Below, in pieces: positions 49,840-52,976 of a stretch of 52,976 nt of DNA. The DNA is from Nemertoderma westbladi. Lineage: Eukaryota > Animalia > Xenacoelomorpha. Below the pieces are notes generated by a model. That model had not been told where the DNA came from, ran no database searches, and was given only the letters and a program-made list of their open reading frames with translations. The DNA lies in NCBI GenBank assembly GCA_032718475.1, contig JAUCBJ010001585.1, forward strand, positions 1 to 52,976. Direction: 5' to 3'. Position 1 is the first letter of the stretch; each line of letters starts with the position of its first letter. The translations under genes were made by a program, and so were the position numbers.

Positions 49840-50180
49840 ATGGACTAGGTTTGGGTATGTGGGGATGGAAACAGTATTTTTGATGCATTCTGTATTTCAT
49901 CTCAAGGAATCACTGATTCCCCTCTGATGATCAGAAAGAAAATGTGGGACTTTCTCCTGGAGCATTATGGGAATTTTACAATAAGTATGCTCCTGGGCCA
50001 TATGAACTGCCTTTTGCGGAATTTGTCGCACAACTAACAAACCAATCTCGTGACGTTGTATTTGGTAACTCCATTGTCCTTGAAGCCCTCAGTAGAATTT
50101 ACTCATGTTTATTCGTGGTATTAACTACTGAGTTTGGCAACCATATGGAACATGATTGGGGTGCTAATAATATCATCTGA
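49840..50180 (+). pseudogene. OTU-like deubiquitinase domain relic
   Basis: GGG GAT GGA AAC AGT ATT TTT GAT GCA = GDGNSIFDA (compare GDGNCLFRA), followed by FGNSIVLEALSRIYSCLFVVL; frameshifted, catalytic Cys reads Ser. Confidence 0.5.
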
Positions 50181-51109
50181 TGCAAAGAAATCGGTCAGGT
50201 CAGGTATTCTAGGTCATTGATCAAGAAAACTTGAAAATATTTCCAAAAAATGTCAGAGAGTATTACACCAGACCAAGCAGGTGGTGGAGATATATTTGTT
50301 CACAATTCAGTCATTAATATATCAATTATTGGTGCGAGGGGAGAGAGTAGAGTTTGTCTGAAAAGTGGACAGTCAAGGAAAAAGTAAAGCGACAAAAGTG
50401 ACTGGCCCAGTCGGGAAATACATTTGTGGTTGGACATGGATGCACATGGATGGTGATGTGGAACATCAAGGAGGTGGCCCCTCATTTGGGACAATTATTG
50501 TTTTGCGCTGCAATAGTGTCAACATATACCACAACCGGAGACACGCACCCCAAAACGCAACAAATGTGATATGAGAAAGTATGGTATGAGAAAAGCATGA
50601 AAGGGCTGGCAGGCCAGGGAGTTAATCAAACAGGTGTGTGAAACGGGAGGGAGTGTGGTACGGTGGTGGAACATTTAACCACGCTACCCATTATGCGTTA
50701 CAACTTTTGTTTTGCTGTGGAATATTTAACCATGCTACCATTTTTTTTTACAACTTTGGATTTACTCAATTTATTAATTTTTTTAATTTTTTAGTTTTAC
50801 AAAAAATTGATCTATTTTTCTATTTCTAGTCTATAAAAAATAACTTCTGCAATGGAGGTGGACATGGAATATGGTCTACTAGTATGTGTAGCTAAAGAGG
50901 GGGAGAAAGTTATTGAATACTCATAGATTCATATATCTGTTGAACCCCTTCAACATCATCAATTTGTACTTCTTGAAGGTAATGTAATTAATTGTGTTTA
51001 ATAATTAATGTATTAAATTAAATTAATGTAATTAATAATGAAGAAATTAGCAATTAGAATGTATATAATTAAAAAAATAGTTTAATAATTTAATATGATC
51101 ATGATGAAG

Positions 51110-51280
51110 ATTATTAAAATTGGTTGTCCACTCCAAAAAGCTGTGACAATAAAACACAAGAAACAACGAGGCAGGATGGAGTATGTCAGTGATGGGACTG
51201 TTGTGGTCGTTGTCTGGAAGGACAATAAGCCAGTTGATGCCGCATATAACTATATTGGTGTTAGTAAGTTGTCCCAAAGA
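51110..51280 (+). pseudogene. piggyBac-like transposase fragment
   Basis: GCPL...KKQRGRMEY...VVVWKDNKPV...NYIG. Confidence 0.6.
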
Positions 51281-51844
51281 AACGCTATTCGAACTCACTC
51301 ACACTCACTCAAACTGTTCGAACTCATATAAAAATTGATTGTCCACAAATAATAAAGTAAAATTAAATTTAATATTACATTTATGTGTACTGCGAATTAA
51401 TTTTTTGTCCACTGTTTTTATTTAGTCTAACTCAAACTGTAGTTACTTAGTGTAGTAAAGTGTAGTTACTCAAACTGTAACCAATGTGGAGTCAGGAATT
51501 AGTGGAATTACTATAATTGGAGGAATACACCAGCGGCTGGAATGTGGAATGTGTACGTATTGCTACTACATATTTCCCTGATAAGGGGGCAACATCGTCC
51601 TTGGCGTCTGCCACATGTCCGACAATAACAAAAACGATCAGTGACACAAATATCATTCAGTAAGTCTGTAAGGTACCCAATAAACTAAAGAGTTTAGTTG
51701 GATAATGATGTATCATGATCCTACTATAGTATTAACTGTATTGTTAAACTGTATTGTTACTAATTATAATTGTAGATTACCCTAACCTCCACCTGCGAGA
51801 GAGTAGTATGCCAGGGCATGTATGGTCCTTACCATTAGGCAGCC

Positions 51845-52008
51845 TCATGGAGTGAATAAGCATGGTGGACAGCCCATGACTTTCTTGAGACGCATCTTAA
51901 AGGACACTGGCCTTGAAGATGCGGATGATCTAGCAAATGTCATGGGTGATAGGGAGTTGTGGTGGTGCAAGGCACAGCATTCTTAAAAATGCAGCTGCAA
52001 TGCAGCAT
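51845..52008 (+). repeat. Near-identical copy of the RTE 3' end and downstream flank at 49559-49737
   Basis: CATGGAGT.AATAAGCATGGTGGACAGCCC...GCAGCTGCAATGCAGCAT is repeated with a small deletion. Confidence 0.88.
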
Positions 52009-52976
52009 ACTGTAACAGGTATGTGCTGGTGCTGGAGTATGCGTGTCATGACTAGCCCATACTATAATACCTCACACCCTCAAGACATACTGGCTGACTG
52101 GTATGGTAGGCTTACACCGGTATGCCAAGGTAACCCAATTATATACCACCTACTAGTCTGACTTACTTAATCTTACTCCTACAATTGACATATCTGTTGA
52201 TATTTCAAGTAGACCTCCGATCACTGTTAATGTTTGTAATTCTATGAATCCAAATCCAGCAACTCCAAAACCATCAACAAGTGCCTCCAGGGAAATATCA
52301 CGAGTCTCATTTGAAGAATTGCTTCTTTCGAAGCTGCACCAATAATATAATAACTAAACAGAAGCGGAAAAAAATCCATAAGTATGCTCGAATAATTACG
52401 AGGGAGCTAGTGGACAGGACGTCAGATATGAATTCTAGCTACGAGTCTGATGATGAAATACAAATTTTAAATACAAAGATTTGGAACTGGATTGCTAAGA
52501 ATAATAATCAGCCCACCAGCAAAAAGACAAATTAGGCCCATTAAGAAAACCAACAAATGAATTTGTTCAAAAAAACCTGAATCAAAGAGAGGCAAAAGGA
52601 ATGATTATAAAAGTAGTGATACAATGAGTGGTATGGATTATTGTAGTGATACCTGGTGGTAGTTAATGATGATAGTGGTGATGAAACCGTAGTTGGTGAT
52701 GATGAAAGTGGGATTGATATAAACATGTTGCAACAGGATTCTTGGTTGCGACAGTTGTGGGAGATGGTACCATAAGGGGTATACACTAGTTCCATTTAAA
52801 AATTACGGAAATAGATCCATTCCGAAGAATGTCAAATTCTACTGTAAATGTTGTCCTTCACAATCTGAATTGATAGAGATACCGTGGACCGACTGTTACA
52901 GTTATCAGTGTTGGAGCGGGGAATGGCTGTACAAAAGAAGTTAGAAGTGTAGAACTCATTTAGTGGTGTTTTTTAT

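Overview
AT-rich, repeat-dense animal (invertebrate-like) nuclear DNA with spliceosomal GT-AG signals; it is not prokaryotic and has no CRISPR array or rRNA. Two intact host genes are present: an intronless type II membrane M1 aminopeptidase (+, 1432-4791) and a two-exon GAF-GAF cyclic-nucleotide phosphodiesterase (-, 19576-16640). Most of the remaining annotatable sequence is mobile DNA: a near full-length CRE-like RT/RLE retrotransposon with a ~2.2 kb in-frame RVSP(S/G) repeat, a tRNA-derived SINE, DINE-1/Helentron-like elements, hAT-, MULE- and other TIR non-autonomous elements (several with visible TSDs), LINE fragments and minisatellites. At 35-50 kb a nested region holds a truncated fibrinogen-domain exon, a gypsy RNase H fragment, two unrelated disrupted tyrosine-recombinase genes and an OTU-like relic. 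The most notable points are the SPxR-repeat retroelement, the reconstructable recombinase genes, a three-part chimeric ORF, TA-CTG-TA insertions that look like transposon excision footprints, and a conserved core motif shared by elements with unrelated arms. All family assignments come from motif recognition, not database searches.
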